Source: Nemertoderma westbladi (taxonomy: Eukaryota; Animalia; Xenacoelomorpha). Taken from it: a stretch of 64,000 nucleotides of DNA. Positions 12,998-26,426 of the stretch are shown here, one piece after another. Positions within the stretch are counted from its first letter, which is position 1; each line of letters opens with the position of its first letter. The stretch spans positions 1-64,000 of the forward strand of contig JAUCBJ010004437.1 in assembly GCA_032718475.1 (NCBI GenBank). Direction: 5' to 3'. Position numbers and translations under genes: made by a program. The notes under the pieces were generated by a model. That model had not been told where the DNA came from. It did no database searches and saw nothing but the letters and a program-made list of their open reading frames with translations.

Positions 12998-13373
12998 ATA
13001 CTGCAGTTATTTATTGCATGCAAAATAAATAAAGAGTAAATATATTATAGTAAAAAGTTTTACTATTGTAAGTACTGTAGGCCTACGTGTAGCCCTACAC
13101 AATGTGGAATATCCAGTCATCTGTCAGACAAGAGTGTAAGCCAGTTAGGCCTATTCCATATGAAACTGAAAGTTTGTTATACACTTATACACTCTGAACG
13201 TACGTGTTGAATGATATCACAATACTGTATCCAAGTAGGGGCCCTTAAAATTACTGATAAAATCACTATTTTTTACTGATTGGTTTTAAACCGGGTATAC
13301 CTAGCAACGCCATCAGCTAGTTTCAAAAGGCCATATTAATTAGCAGGGACCTTTAAAAATACTACAGTAACTA

Positions 13374-14238
13374 CACCTTGTCCTGGAATATAGTGTCGTT
13401 AATCTGATACATCCCCCCCCCCCCCCCCCCCAAAAAAAAAGCATTTTTTTACAAATCTTAATGAGATTGCATGAAATTTGAAAATTTGAAACAGAGATAG
13501 TTTCATCTCCCTCCTCCTTAGTAGGTGAGTCAGAATTTTTATTTTTGCCTTCAATCTTTAGCTACAAGTGTTTAAAAAAGTGTCTCTGTCGATATTGCAC
13601 CAGTTCCTGTACAGCAGTTATTTTTCAACCTTCTAGTGATTTAGTAGGTACTAGTAGAAAGCTGGCCATGCAAGAATTCCAAATATGTGAATTTGGTTGG
13701 GAAATAGCTGAGAATGGGCATTCGAATGTATTATTGTACTGTACTGTATTTGCTTGCGCTGCAGGCCATTTATTCTATTTAATAATTGCACAATGTTCTA
13801 GAACATTTTGCTTTAGCATTGTTGCCAAGCTACTAATGAGATAAGCAAAATGTTTTAGAATGTTATGCATTTATTAAATTAAATAAATGGCCAACAGCGC
13901 AAGCAAATACATTCAAATATCGAATGCCCATATCTCAGCTATTTCCCAACCAAATTCAAATATTTTTACATATTTGGAATCCTTGCTCCAGAAGAGATGA
14001 AGAATAACTCCGCTATAACTGGTGCAATATCGATGGAGACACTTTTTTTAAACGCTTGTAGCTAAAGAATGAATGCGAAAGTAAAAATTCTGGCTAACCC
14101 AGCAAGGAGGACGGAGGTGGAACTATCTCGGTTTCAAATTTCATGCAATCTCATTAAGATTTGTAGAAAAATTGGGGGGGGGGGGGGGGGGGGCATGTCA
14201 TGTACCTGAATAACGACACTATATTGCAGGACATGGTG
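13374..14238. mobile_element. Palindromic MITE, Tc1/mariner type (TA target duplication)
   Basis: Ends CACCTTGTCCTGGAATATAGTGTCGTTA and TAACGACACTATATTGCAGGACATGGTG, each flanked by TA. The inverted arms (poly-C/poly-G, AAATCTTAATGAGATTGCATGAAATTTG) extend almost to the centre near 13830. Confidence 0.85.
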
Positions 14239-14676
14239 TATTTCAGGAGCCCATAAATAAAAACACCATTCTAGAACTATTTTGTTTATGTATGAATATA
14301 GCTACGTAATATTATGAATAAAAAAGGTATTGCATTGTTACCCAGCTACGTATGGTATAAACAAAATATTCTAGAATACGTTGTATGTATGTTGTTTTTT
14401 TTTGTTGTGGGGGGGGGGGGGGGGGTTACTTGTTGTACTTTATCATAATAAAACAATTTGAATGGTTGCTGTACGGCGCGCAGTCGTCAAACATACTAGA
14501 ATGAATGACTTAACTCTACATACATCATTATTGGATAAAAAAAACACGACGTTAGTAATAACATCGGATCGGATATTACATCTACAATGTTTAAATCAAT
14601 AGTTAAGAGTTGCGGATCCTCTATGTGACATGCGCGGGGTAAACTGGTAGCAGACAGTGAAATAATACTCGTGTCA

Positions 14677-15313
14677 TCATTGTTGTGAACCCATCCCTGG
14701 TGACCCCATCCTAGGCTGTCCCATCTCTGGTGAACCCACCCTAGGCTGTCCCATCTGTGGTGAACCCATCCTAGGCTGTCCCATCCCCGGTGCACCCATC
14801 CCCGGTGCACCCATCCCTGGTGCACCCATACCTGGTGACCCCATTCTTTGGCCCATCATCATACCCCCTTGTCCTTGCTGCATGTGTATTTGCATTCGTT
14901 GACGACGTCTACTTCTACTATACAAGCAACATCCAACGCCGACCCCTATGCAACATCAAAGTGACAACCACCACCACGACTATAACTACAATAATAGTCG
15001 TCGTTATAACTCCCATCTCTTTTTCTTTTTCTTTTTCTTTATATCGATCTTCAAACTGTTTGTGTCGTTTTTCCCTCTCTTTTTCACATTCTTCATTCTG
15101 TTTAAGCAATTCTCTGTAATCCCCCGGACAGTCGGGAAAGAACTCTTTGCCTTCAATTATACAAGAATGGCAAGACATGCCACCTTTATCATTAGCGATA
15201 GGACGACAATGACCTGTACACTTTAGCGGTGATAATCTATTAAATGCAGCAACATATGATAACAATGAATGAATGAAGATTAAAGCATACATCCACATGA
15301 CTACTTCCTGCAT
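14677..15313 (-). CDS. Putative single-pass membrane protein (signal peptide, Cys-rich ectodomain, TM, Gly-Met-Pro tail) with one frameshift
   Basis: ORF 14918-15313 has a hydrophobic N-terminus, 6 Cys and a Val-rich TM. Shifting frame near 14955 gives CIGVGVGCCLYSRSRRRQRM and joins the 14677-14925 ORF of GMGxP repeats. Confidence 0.55.
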
Positions 15314-15633
15314 CGTATTTCTCGAGAATAATTGTATTGTGAAGATATTTATGATTAATAAGTATAATTGGCCACTATAAATTAGTTTATTATTTTCTAG
15401 CTCATTTAACGTTAATAACTTAGTAGTTGCTATACTCTGACTGTACTCATACTATACATACAGTTGCTATAGCAAATAAAACAAGCACAGGGTATTTAAA
15501 CAAGGCAACGCGTTATGTTATTTACTAAAAAGCCATGCAACTGTGCAGTACTGGAGGCTGAGTGGAGGCAGATAATTCGGATTCTGTTGTTTTGTTCACA
15601 GGACTGGACGCATATCCCATCTCGGGGAATTAA

Positions 15634-18600
15634 TACTGTGGGGCGAGCCACGAAGTGAGTGAGCCTTAGCGTAGTGGTACCATTAATCAACCTGTCGTTC
15701 TGTGGGGCGAGCCACGAAGTGAGTGAGCCTTTGGGGCGAGCCACGAAGTGAGTGAGCCTTAGCGTAGTGGTACCATTAATCAACCTGTCGTTCTGTCGTT
15801 CTGTCGTTCTGTCGTGTTCAATTTTAAACGTTAATAACTCGGCCAATCTTTGATGAAATCTATCCAAACTTGGTACACATGTTGTTTGGCAAAAGTTTAG
15901 AAATTTTCCAAGTAGAATTTCCGTGTGGCCTTCGAGAAGCTAAGATAATAGCAGTTAATTAGTTAATTAAGTTGATTGCGGTGAAAACGCCATTTTCAAC
16001 CTGCCTTTTAAAGGAAATTAATTGTTTTACAGTATAAGATTTAAATAATTATACTTAAAAATTATACAGATATAATCCCCATACGCCATTCTATTATAGT
16101 TTTTAATTAGTTTAAGTGATTTGCTTTAATAAATGTGTCTTTAATTGATCTAAACGTAATTAAACCGCACAATTATTGAGTACAAATTTAATCCTTCCCA
16201 TTATTGGTCAAGTCTCTGCTGGTGTGGAGCTAGCTGCTGGGAATTGTGGCTGTAGACTAACCTGAGAGGAATTGTAATAGAGGCAACCAGTATTGCTATT
16301 CCAGCCCAATCACTGAATTGTGTTTATTATAGGCTGGACGGGCCGCATAACCGTTCGACTATTACTACTATTAAATGACAGATATAATAACATAAATACA
16401 ATCCATGGCATGGCTGTTGTAGGCTTCTGAAATAGTTTATTCCACAATGTATATGTCTGGTTATTTTTTAATTGAATTTTTGCAAAGTAGTAAAATTAAT
16501 GTTCTTAAAAATAATATTATTATTTTATATGTAACCTAGGAAATTAGCTACATTTTTTCGCTGCAGCTTTAAGAGTGTACATTGATTTAATATTATTTCA
16601 ATACCCATATTACTACATCGGCATAAGATGCGTTGGCGTTGTATCACACATCTCCACATATCACACATCTCCACATAGATGTATCAACAGTTACTCGCAC
16701 AGTTTCGAAACTTCGCATAGTTATAACTGTATAAAGATCGTCAGTCTGCGTTTAGGAAAAATATTTTATGACAAAACAGGACAAGCGACGAGCGCAACGA
16801 GGCATATAATGAAGACGAGTACTGCGTTGACTAAATTATTATATAAACCACCTGGCTTCACATATTGATCGCATCCCTAGTTATTATTATTATAAAGATC
16901 GTCCTAGCTTGCGTTTAAGAAATATATTTAAATACAAAACAGGACGAACGCAAAGAGGCTTATAATGAAAACGAGTACTGCGTTTATTATATTCCTATAA
17001 ACCACCTGGCTTTGCATATTTAACGTGCGATTGGAAATAAGTTCGTGCTACCCTTCCGTGGGTGGTAGATGTCGCGGTTATGTATTGGTGGTTGGGAAGG
17101 GTGGGGGGGGGGGGGGGGGGGGAGATTAAAAGGGGTGAACACGTACTGTCCACCTTTCTTTGATTGATTGGTGGTGTGGGTAAATTTCTCAAAACCTGAT
17201 TTTGTGATACAGTCGCTGCATTTTAATTTGTATATAATAACTAGGCCTCGTGCTGCGCGAAGTCCCCACGAACGTGTCGTTCTGTGGGGCGAGCCACGAA
17301 GTGAGAGAGCCTTAGCGTAGTGGTACCATTAATCAACCTGTCGTTCTGTCGTTCTGTCGTTCTGTCGTTCTGTCGTTCTGTCGCGTTTTTTTTCAGTATT
17401 TTATTTTAAACGTTAATAACTCGGCCAATCCTTGATGAAATCTATCCAAACTTGGTACACATGTTGTTTGGCAAAAGTTTGAAAATTTTCCAAGTAGAAT
17501 TTGCGTGGGGCCTTCGTGCAGCATCAGTGTAACTGTTATTGTAGTTATAATATATTTATTTATCCAAAATTAACATGCGTTAAATTATTATTACTGTAGG
17601 ATAAATCAGCTGGTTTTCTGACAAATTTTGCAAAACATAGGGGCTGTCTGCCAATCTGCATGTACCATTTGTACCGGTACTGTCAGGCTGTAATACAGGT
17701 CAGCCGGTACCATACACTGCAGACATGCCATATCATGTAATCTAAACATGGCCCCGGAAACCCTTGCGGTGATTATAGTTTAGGCCTAATTAGCCTAGTA
17801 CCGGTAATAATAATATAATAGTTTAGATAGTTCAGTAGTTACCGCTAATCAAGATAGTTCAGTAGTTACCGCTAATCATTCAGTCATTGGCACGGTACAC
17901 CGTATTGCTGTACTGCCGTTCAGCCGTTGTAGTGTGCACCGTAGGTACCACCCATGCGTAGGCTGACTGTGCTGATTATGGTTTGATTGATTGATTGTTT
18001 TTTACACATAATTAAACCTTTTAAAATTCACAATAATACATTTATAAAGATTACGTTACGATATTACAGTATTAGGCCTACAGTACAAGTAGGCCTAATA
18101 ACACTAGATATTTAGGAGCACCAATACTGATTTATGTAGATAGTCAACTTATAAAATGTTTATTTACTTAAATAAAGGGTTCTGGTGTAAAGGATAGCCT
18201 CATGAGGTATATACCTCGTTTCCATGAGGGTCCTATAATAATTTTCATACTCTAATATTTAAAGCTAGTCAGACTGTGGTACCTAAGCTATATACTGTTA
18301 GGTATATTGCTGTATTGGGGTGGGGTTAGGAATAATCCATTTGTTTTAGCATTGAACTGTTGAATCCCCTTATTTATTATAAAACCATTGGAAATATTCG
18401 CAAATGCCGCTCCATTACTGTCTGATGTCTGAAACGCTCCCGACAGTCCGATGTATCTGGACCCGAGCAGCCGAGTTGCTTCAAGAGGTGATTAACGGGG
18501 GAATACTACGGAATTGCTTGTTTGTCAGTACGATTCTATTTGGGTATTTACTACACTCAGACACTGGGAATACGGCGGTCGGTCAGATCGTAATGCGGGC

Positions 18601-21600
18601 CACTGCCAAGTTCATCGTGCCTCACTCCGGTCACCCACCTTGGAGTGCGGTGGGAAGAGTCCCACTTACTGACTTACGTCGACGACTGGACGAATCGACG
18701 AGGATTGCGATCTGGGTTTAGCGGCGGCCCGGATCCTGGGATCGCCTGGGGGAAATGGTTGAACGTTGGGCAGACGTTATCGCACTGGATTACGTTCTCT
18801 GTGACGCGAAAGTGTGAAGCGAATTCGTTGTCGAATTGGGTCGGAAGCTGCGGGAATTCTACTGTTCTACGGGAGTAAACCGCAGCGGTCCGGTGACTAG
18901 ACTACGGACGGATACTACTGGGATAAGCAGGTATTTCGATCGAGTTTCTCGTATTCTCGATGCTCGAGGCGGATAGAGAGTTGGTTGTGTTGGGCGGTGT
19001 TGTTCAATTCTATCAAACATATTAAATAATTGGTAAAATAATAAAAACACACCAGATAAAGATACTGAGCTTATGGTAAAGAGATAGGCCGAACTTACAA
19101 TTTCCAAATAGATTGTTCATATAATAAATATATTTTTGGTATTTGATTTCAAGATAGGGGGGGGGGGGGGGGACTGGACGCAATAAAAATTCATCCCTCT
19201 CCAGGGGAAATTGGACGCAAATAACAACAGCTGATTACTCTCAAAAATAAAACTGTAACCTGTTCTATTGTGTTTACTTTATTGTTTTGGTTAAAATAAC
19301 GTGCCACTGTAACCTGCTCCTTTCCCAAAATTTAGAAATTAATATTGAGGCGGGATATTAATTCGCCAAGATGGGATTTGCGTCCAGTCCCACCCCCCTC
19401 CTATCTCTTGATTTCACTAAAAAATAGAATACATTGCATTTTACTGTTATAATTACTGTATTGAATAAAATAATTAATTGATTGTTTATTAAACCGTGCT
19501 AAGCACGTTGAACTGGAGCTCTAACAATTCCCCACTAGCGGCAGACAGGAACTGTAAAAGTCTCTGTAGAATTTCTAATTAAGCAATGCTCTTAGGTAAC
19601 TACTACTAAATTTCAGATGAATCTGATCGATGGTTCTATAATTACAGCTATTTTTACGTTTCTGTTAATTCGCCCCCTAGCGGCAGACCGGGGAACTGTA
19701 GAAGTCTGTCTGTGTGTAGAATTTCTAAATTTTTTTAAGACTACAAGTGTACCAAGTTTGGTTCCATTTCATCCATGATTGACCGACTTATTAGCGTTCA
19801 AACATTCCTGCCACGAATAAAAGCTGCAGGAACTCGAGCGATAATTAATTTATTTATTATTAAATACTGTTTCAATTAAATTCTTTACGAAAATCTAGTC
19901 ATCTTCTTTTAAATATGGACCCTGCATTCATGGAAAATATAATATTTGATAATTCATCAGTCACCAGTCAGCCTACGCTAATTTCACAGCAAAGTCCTTG
20001 TCATGCATTGTGGTCAGGAGAATATCTGAATTTGTGGATAAGAAAGTTTGCCAGAAAGCCTTTCTGTTTCAGAATAACTAAACTTTACTGCTAATTTCTG
20101 TGACTGACGGAATTTCCAGCACTAGTGAGCAAATCATTTGTTTCCGTAAGATGGCTTACTGAAATCCAATAATTATTTTTGTGAAATGGTTTACTGCAGT
20201 GGTGCTTCCAAAATATGCATGCATTTTGCATGGTAATGTATACCATAATATTTTTAAATTACTTTTAAAAACGTAAATTATTAGGATAATTATGTTATCA
20301 ATTTTCAGCAGACTTTACATCCCAGTATGTTTTCTATGCGATCAAATATTTACTCATCCATACCCATTTCCTACACTTTAGATACCATACTTTTAGGATA
20401 TGGAAACCATTTTTGGTGATGGGGATGTTAATTTTTTGATGTGAAGTGTGACCATTTTTCAATAATCGCCCGATGGGCTTGATCTCTCAAACCAAAACTT
20501 CCTCTGCGGGGTTTGCGCGGCAGTAAAGATTGAAAGTCTGGAAGCTGGCATCCCTAGGTATTATTATTATAAAGAGCGTCAGCCTGCGTTTAATAAATAT
20601 ATTTTAATACAAAACAGGTCGAACGCAAAGAGGCTTATAATGAAGACGAGTACTGCATTGATTATATTCCTATAAAGCACCTGGCTTTGCATATTGAACG
20701 TGCGTTTGGAAATAAGTTCGTGCTACCCTTCCGTGGGTGGTAGATGTCGCGGTTATGTATTGGTGGGTGGGAAGGGAGGGGGGGGGGGGGGTGCAGATTA
20801 AAAGGGGTGAACACGTACTGTCCCCCTTTCTTTGATTAATTGGTGGTGTTGGTTAATCTCTCATAACCTGATTTTGTGATACAGTCGCACAATTTTAATT
20901 TGTATCTCATAACTGGGCCTCGTGCTGCGCGAAGGCCCCACGAACGTGTCGTTCTGTCGTGTTCAATTTTAAACGTTAATAACTCGGCCAATCTTTGATG
21001 AAATCTATCCAAACTTGGTACACATGTTGTTTGGCAAAAGTTTAGAAATTTTCCAAGTAGAATTTCAGTGTGGCCTTCGAGAAGCTAAGATAATAGCAGT
21101 TAATTAGTTAATTAAGTTATTACGGTAAAAACACCATTTTCAACCTGCCTTTTAAAGGAAATTAATTGTTTTACAGTATAAGATTTAAATAATTATAATT
21201 AAAAATTATACAGATGTAATCCCCATACGCCATTCTATTATAGTTTTTAATTAGTTCAAGTGATTTGCTTTAATAATTGTGTCTTTAATTGATCTAAAGT
21301 AATTAAAACGGCAAAAAAAATTTATTCTCATTAAATACTGCTCATTTATTGGCCAACATGCTGGTACATAGATGGGATGTGTGTGTCATTTCCAGTTGCT
21401 GGGAATGATTATTGGTCAAGTCTCTGCTGCTGGCTGGGAGTTGTTGCTAAGACTAACCAGAGAGGAATAGTAATAGACAACCAGTATTGCTATTCCAGCC
21501 CAGACAGCATTCTTTAAATTCACTATAAATGTTGTATTGCTATCTCAGGTGAATGACAGATATCATAACATAAATACTATCCATGGCATGGCTGTTGTGT

Positions 21601-22460
21601 AGGCTTCTGAAATAGTTTATTCCACAATGTATATGTCTGGTTATTTTTTAATTGAATTTTTGCAAAGTAGTAAAATTAATGTTCTTAAAAATAATATTAT
21701 TATTTTATATGTAACCTAGGAAATTAGCTACATTTTTTCGCTGCAGCTTTAAGAGTGTACATTAATTTAATATTATTTCAATACCCATATTACTACATCG
21801 GCATAAGATGCATTGGCGTTGTATCACACATCTCCACATATCACACATCTCCACATAGATGTATCAACAGTTACTCGCACAGTTTCGAAACTTCGCATAG
21901 TTATAACTGTATAAAGATCGTCAGTCTGCGTTTAGGAAAAATATTTTATAACAAAACAGGACAAGCGACGAGCGCAACGAGGCATATAATGAAGACGAGT
22001 ACTGCGTTGACTAAATTATTATATAAACCACCTGGCTTCACATATTGATCGCATCCCTAGTTATTATTATTATAAAGAACGTCCTAGCCTGCGTTTAAGA
22101 AATATATTTAAATACAAAACAGGACGAACGCAACGAGGCTTATAATGAATACGAGTACTGCGTTTATTATATTCCTATAAACCACCTGGCTTTGCATATT
22201 GAACGTGCGATTGGAAATAAGTTCGTGCTACCCTTCCGTGGGTGGTAGATGTCGCGGTTATGTATTGGTGGTTGGGAAGGGTGGGGGGGGGGGGGGGGGG
22301 ATTAAAAGGGGTGAACACGTACTGTCCCCCTTTCTTTGATTGATTGGTGGTGTGGGTAAATTTCTCAAAACCTGATTTTGTGATACAGTCGCTCAATTTT
22401 AATTTGTATCTCATAACTGGGCCTCGTGCTGCGCGAAGGCCCCACGAACGTGTACAGTAG
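15634..22460 (+). mobile_element. Head-to-tail concatemer of three related non-autonomous units, Helitron/Helentron (HINE, DINE-1-like) type
   Basis: Units at about 15634-17277, 17278-20948 and 20949-22460 share a (CTGTCGTT)n microsatellite, a TGATGAAATCTATCCAAACTTGGTACAC core and a 3' hairpin GGGCCTCG...CGAAGGCCC. Units 1 and 3 are near duplicates. The flanks rejoin into one MITE copy. Confidence 0.6.
19151..19407. mobile_element. MITE with 8-9 bp TSD (Mutator-like)
   Basis: TIR AGATAGGGG...GGACTGGACGCA / TGCGTCCAGTCC...CCTATCT, with direct repeat TTGATTTCA at 19143 and 19408. Confidence 0.7.
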
Positions 22461-22503
22461 TATCCCGCCTCAATGTTAAATTCTCAACTTAAGGAAAGGA
22501 CCT

Positions 22504-23796
22504 GGGGCGGTATTCATAAATGTGACTAACTAGGAACTTAGTCCTAGTCACAGCAAGTTAGTAAGTGCTTGTACTAATTCGGTATTCAGAGAAGTTGGTG
22601 CTACTTATTACTAACGTATTTAGTACTAGTTGTTGCTAAACTCGTATTCATAGAATTTAGTCTTACTTAAGTTAGTATTAGCTGTAACTTAAATTTCTAG
22701 TCACATGAAGATGTGACTAAGTTGGTAAGACCGCTTACTTATTGTATATTGGCCTTCATACATACAGTATGGTTATTATGTTACTGACGACCACGACACC
22801 AGCCACATTATACTCTCTCTTGTTTTTCTAGCATTCTCTGTTCATTGCAAATGTGTTGTTGCAGAGAAACTGTCAAATGTAACGACATAAAGCTTTTTGT
22901 TTTTATAAACATATATCCGACTTAAATTTCCAAATATCAGCTTACACTCTTGAATGGTGAGATTGCTCCCGAACGGTCCGCGTCCGTTGGAAAATGTGTT
23001 TCGCTAAATAATTCTACCATTCGCGAACTTTCGCAAGATGAAAAAGCGGTAGCGTCCATCTTCATTATTTTCCTCTCTATTACCGAATGTAAATAATGGT
23101 ATTCGATAATGGTAGCCAATTGATTTATCGCCTTACTAAAAATACTAATTTTTCACTAAAATTATTAACAGGAAATCACTAAAATATTCAGTTTCCACTA
23201 AAATCTATTAATTAACATTAAATATATTAATTATAAATTATTGCTAAAATGTGGGAAAGGGCAGGTTACAGTGCCACGTTATTCTAATCTAAATAATAAA
23301 GGGATTTTATTACAACAGGCCGTAACAGATTTATTTTTGATGATTCAAAAATATATTTTAGTGATAATTAAATTGAGTGGAGGAAATATATATTTGATAA
23401 CGAAAAAATTTACTGAAAAACAGGAATTGTTTTAGTGACCAATAAAATTAATGGGTTTAATACAGGCTACAGTAGTATCAATACAAGTACAACAGTACAT
23501 ATAGAGACATGCAAGGCATAACTACCGACCTTAAGTTGAAACTGAAAGCTTTTTGATAAACATGAGTTAAAGTACCGGCACTGCTACTAATAGGCTAGAA
23601 CTAAGTTTAGTAACAGTTTATGAATACTGATATTTTTTAAGGGCAAGTTGAAACTAAGTTAAGTCAATGCTCTTACTAAAATCAGTTGTTTTTAGTAACA
23701 GATAGCTCTTACTAAACATACATACCTAGTTGCAGCTCTTACTAAAAGCTGTCACTAAGTAGCTGTAACTAATACTAACTCTATGAATACCGCCCC
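22504..23796. mobile_element. Non-autonomous PIF/Harbinger-like element
   Basis: TIR GGGGCGGTATTCATA / TATGAATACCGCCCC. The 3-bp TSD is imperfect (CTG/CTT). No ORF. Confidence 0.65.
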
Positions 23797-24475
23797 TTTG
23801 CACGGAACTACCTTATTAATTATCTAGTAAATGCCATTATAATGCAAATCAAACACCCTCTTATTTGTTACACTGATTCCGGGGTCTAACACAAATCCTC
23901 GACAGGCCACTCGTGGACCAACAGCAGGTTCCCTGAGCGAAACCGGAGGTCACGTGGGAAGGGAGGTAGGCATTTCTACTAGGGAAGCGCCTAAGGGATC
24001 GTATAAGGGTCTTTCGACTATCTAACACATACACCCGACGAAAGATATCCCTCTAGGTTAGTTACCTTTACTGGAGGAGATCCCTTACACAGTTAAACTT
24101 TTAAATCCGTAGTTGTTCCTAGTAGTAGGTATTTTAATATTATGTGTTCTGGGATTTAATAAGTATTCGTTTGTTCTTTTACTGTAGTATTGAGAAATGG
24201 TAGTTGTAGTTCCTTAACTGGTGTACTGTACTTAGATTAAATATATATTTATAGTGAAATCTTAATACAAAGTATTCTCGTAGAGCTGTCAGTGTAGGTA
24301 GTTTTGCTTTCGTTCGTAAATCGGTTGGTATTCTGCGGACTGATCCAACCAATCTAACTGTCTACAGATTTATTGAATCACATCAGAAAATTATATAATC
24401 CCATTACAAGGTACCTTCCGAGGTGCTATTAATTTCGCATAAACATGCTTCGCTATTGCAGTTAGATTACCATAC

Positions 24476-24619
24476 TCCCAAACTTGGTTTAATCCATTTG
24501 GGTGTCCTATGAATTTGGACACCGTCACTTTAGGAGGCCCTTCCAGATATTCTAGGAGAAATCGAAGCTTTTCACCATTAGATACTGTAAAACTGAGTTT
24601 TGTATATTATCTTTATAAT
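24476..24619 (-). pseudogene. BEL/Pao gag fragment related to the outer element
   Basis: Translates (with a small insertion) to YKDNIQNSVL..SNGEKLRFLLEYLEGPPKVTVSKFIGHPNGLNQVW, versus outer gag YKDNIQNSVLSNGEKLRFLIECLEGSPKLMALKFIGHPDGLRQVW. Confidence 0.75.
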
Positions 24620-24624
24620 GTCTT

Positions 24625-24803
24625 TCCTCTATCCTCTTTCGTAAATGCAGTATGGAAATATTCATTTAAAAATATAGCCTTTTCGATATCTGCTGTAGCA
24701 AACAAACCAAATTTCTAAAAGATTTTGGGGTTACTATGGGCATCACTTGCAATTTTACGTTCGTAGGCGTTCGAAAGCATATTTGTTTCTAGCTTGCTTG
24801 TAG
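24625..24803 (-). pseudogene. CR1-type LINE ORF2 remnant, downstream part (target of the outer BEL insertion)
   Basis: Translates to YKQARNK..AYERKIASDAHSNPKIF...EKAIFLNEYFHTAFTKED and continues from 55106 across the TSD. Confidence 0.65.
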
Positions 24804-25955
24804 TGTTTGCGCTTTTAAGACCTTTGACAGTTTAACCTGCCAAATTAGGATGTCTTTTAGATGATATATAGTCTTTAGCCTATGACGAGTATTTGATACA
24901 CTACATTAGCCGAAGCCAGTCTATGCGCAATCATTCACCCGCTGGATATACCCGGGAGACTGAATTCGGAAGCTTAATGATTGATGGTGTAAGCCTACTG
25001 TATTATTCGACTGATCGTAATATATAATCTCTGACAAATATTATTCACTTTCGGGAAATATTAACAGTTCCTTTAGGACGTGGCGCTCTAAATATGTAAA
25101 CAGAGTTATGACTTAAACTAGACACAACGAAAAGGCTATAGATTCACGTATATGGCGCATTCTTTAGGAGATGCTTTGTTATCAGTTACACTCATACACA
25201 ATGCTGCACAATACTGCACACTAATCTGCCGACCTTCACTAAATTTGGTCACGTATAAAGAGAGCAACATACAATTTATGTGAATTTATGGCATATGAAA
25301 TAGCATTAGATTCACTTCAAACCACTTAACATAGGTCGCAATCGTTTATCTGTAACCGGTCTCTCTAACCTTTAGTATATCAAGAAGATTGGGATGTCGG
25401 ACTATTGATCAGTATTCCAAATATAATCTTCCATCAACAAATATAATGAATAACCGACAGTAAAAGCAGTAATATTAGTAATTTATGGATAGTGAGTGAG
25501 TAAGTGAGTAGATAACAGATATATGTTCTATAATTAAGCCTACTAATGTAAGACTAAAGACTGAAACACGGAGGTGCCAAAAGCCGGTGTTCTTAGGCTC
25601 TGGGCAAAAACATAACACTGAACTACTGAGTTTCTGTATCCACCTCCAACACAGAAACAAAAAACGCTCTGATTGGTCAACCGAACAACGAGAGAACAAA
25701 GAAACAAAGAAATGTCGACGTGGCAATATCAGCTGTTAGCCGTCGTCATGGTAGCGACACTGTTTTCAAGAGTATCTAGCTTATCGCGTCACGAGATTGC
25801 GGATTATGTCCTCTAAAGTACAAATACAGAAGAAATGACTTTTATGTCCTCTAAAACACCAGTGCAGTAAGGACACGGCCCTTTTATGCCTGGTAAACCA
25901 ACCACAGAGTACTTTACGGGGAAAATAACCGGCTAATTACGCAAAAGCTTTTACA
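24804..25955 (-). repeat. 3' LTR of the outer BEL/Pao element
   Basis: Direct repeat of 53959-55105, with about 6 substitutions and 2 short complex differences by eye. Preceded in element sense by purine-rich GGGAGCGG. Confidence 0.96.
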
Positions 25956-26426
25956 CCGCTCCCAGAAAATGGGATTTAAGTCTATAAAATATAACAAATC
26001 ACAGTTTCTAAAATATAAAGATACTCTAAACAGTTAGTCTTTCTTACGCAGACGGCGTTTACGCAGTTTTTTGAGGCTAGCAAGAGTCCTTTTCTCTTTG
26101 GGGGGAGCCACTTTACTAGGAGGGCTATAAATCCTGGGTGAAGGGTGCAATATGATTGCATCAGAAGGTGTAGGATTATGGTCGGGGTATCCGCCGTTTC
26201 GATATGCTTCTCCTCGAGCTGATTTTCCTCCGCTCGTAGCTGGATACGTTCATCCAAAAACTCTCGCAGAGAATGGGGTTGTCTAAGTTCGATATCTTCT
26301 TAGAGATTCTGGATTTCACAATCGAACTGAGATAAAGACAATTCGTTTATCGCTTGGACTTGCTGTTACAACTTACGTTTATCTGAACAAACGCAGGTTT
26401 CCTTTCTGATCTTTGTAGAATAGCGT

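Noticed and set aside
16575-22414. Duplicated ORFs of about 97 aa and 65-79 aa
   Set aside because: They recur only because the repeat unit is duplicated; non-ATG or weak starts and no domain signal.
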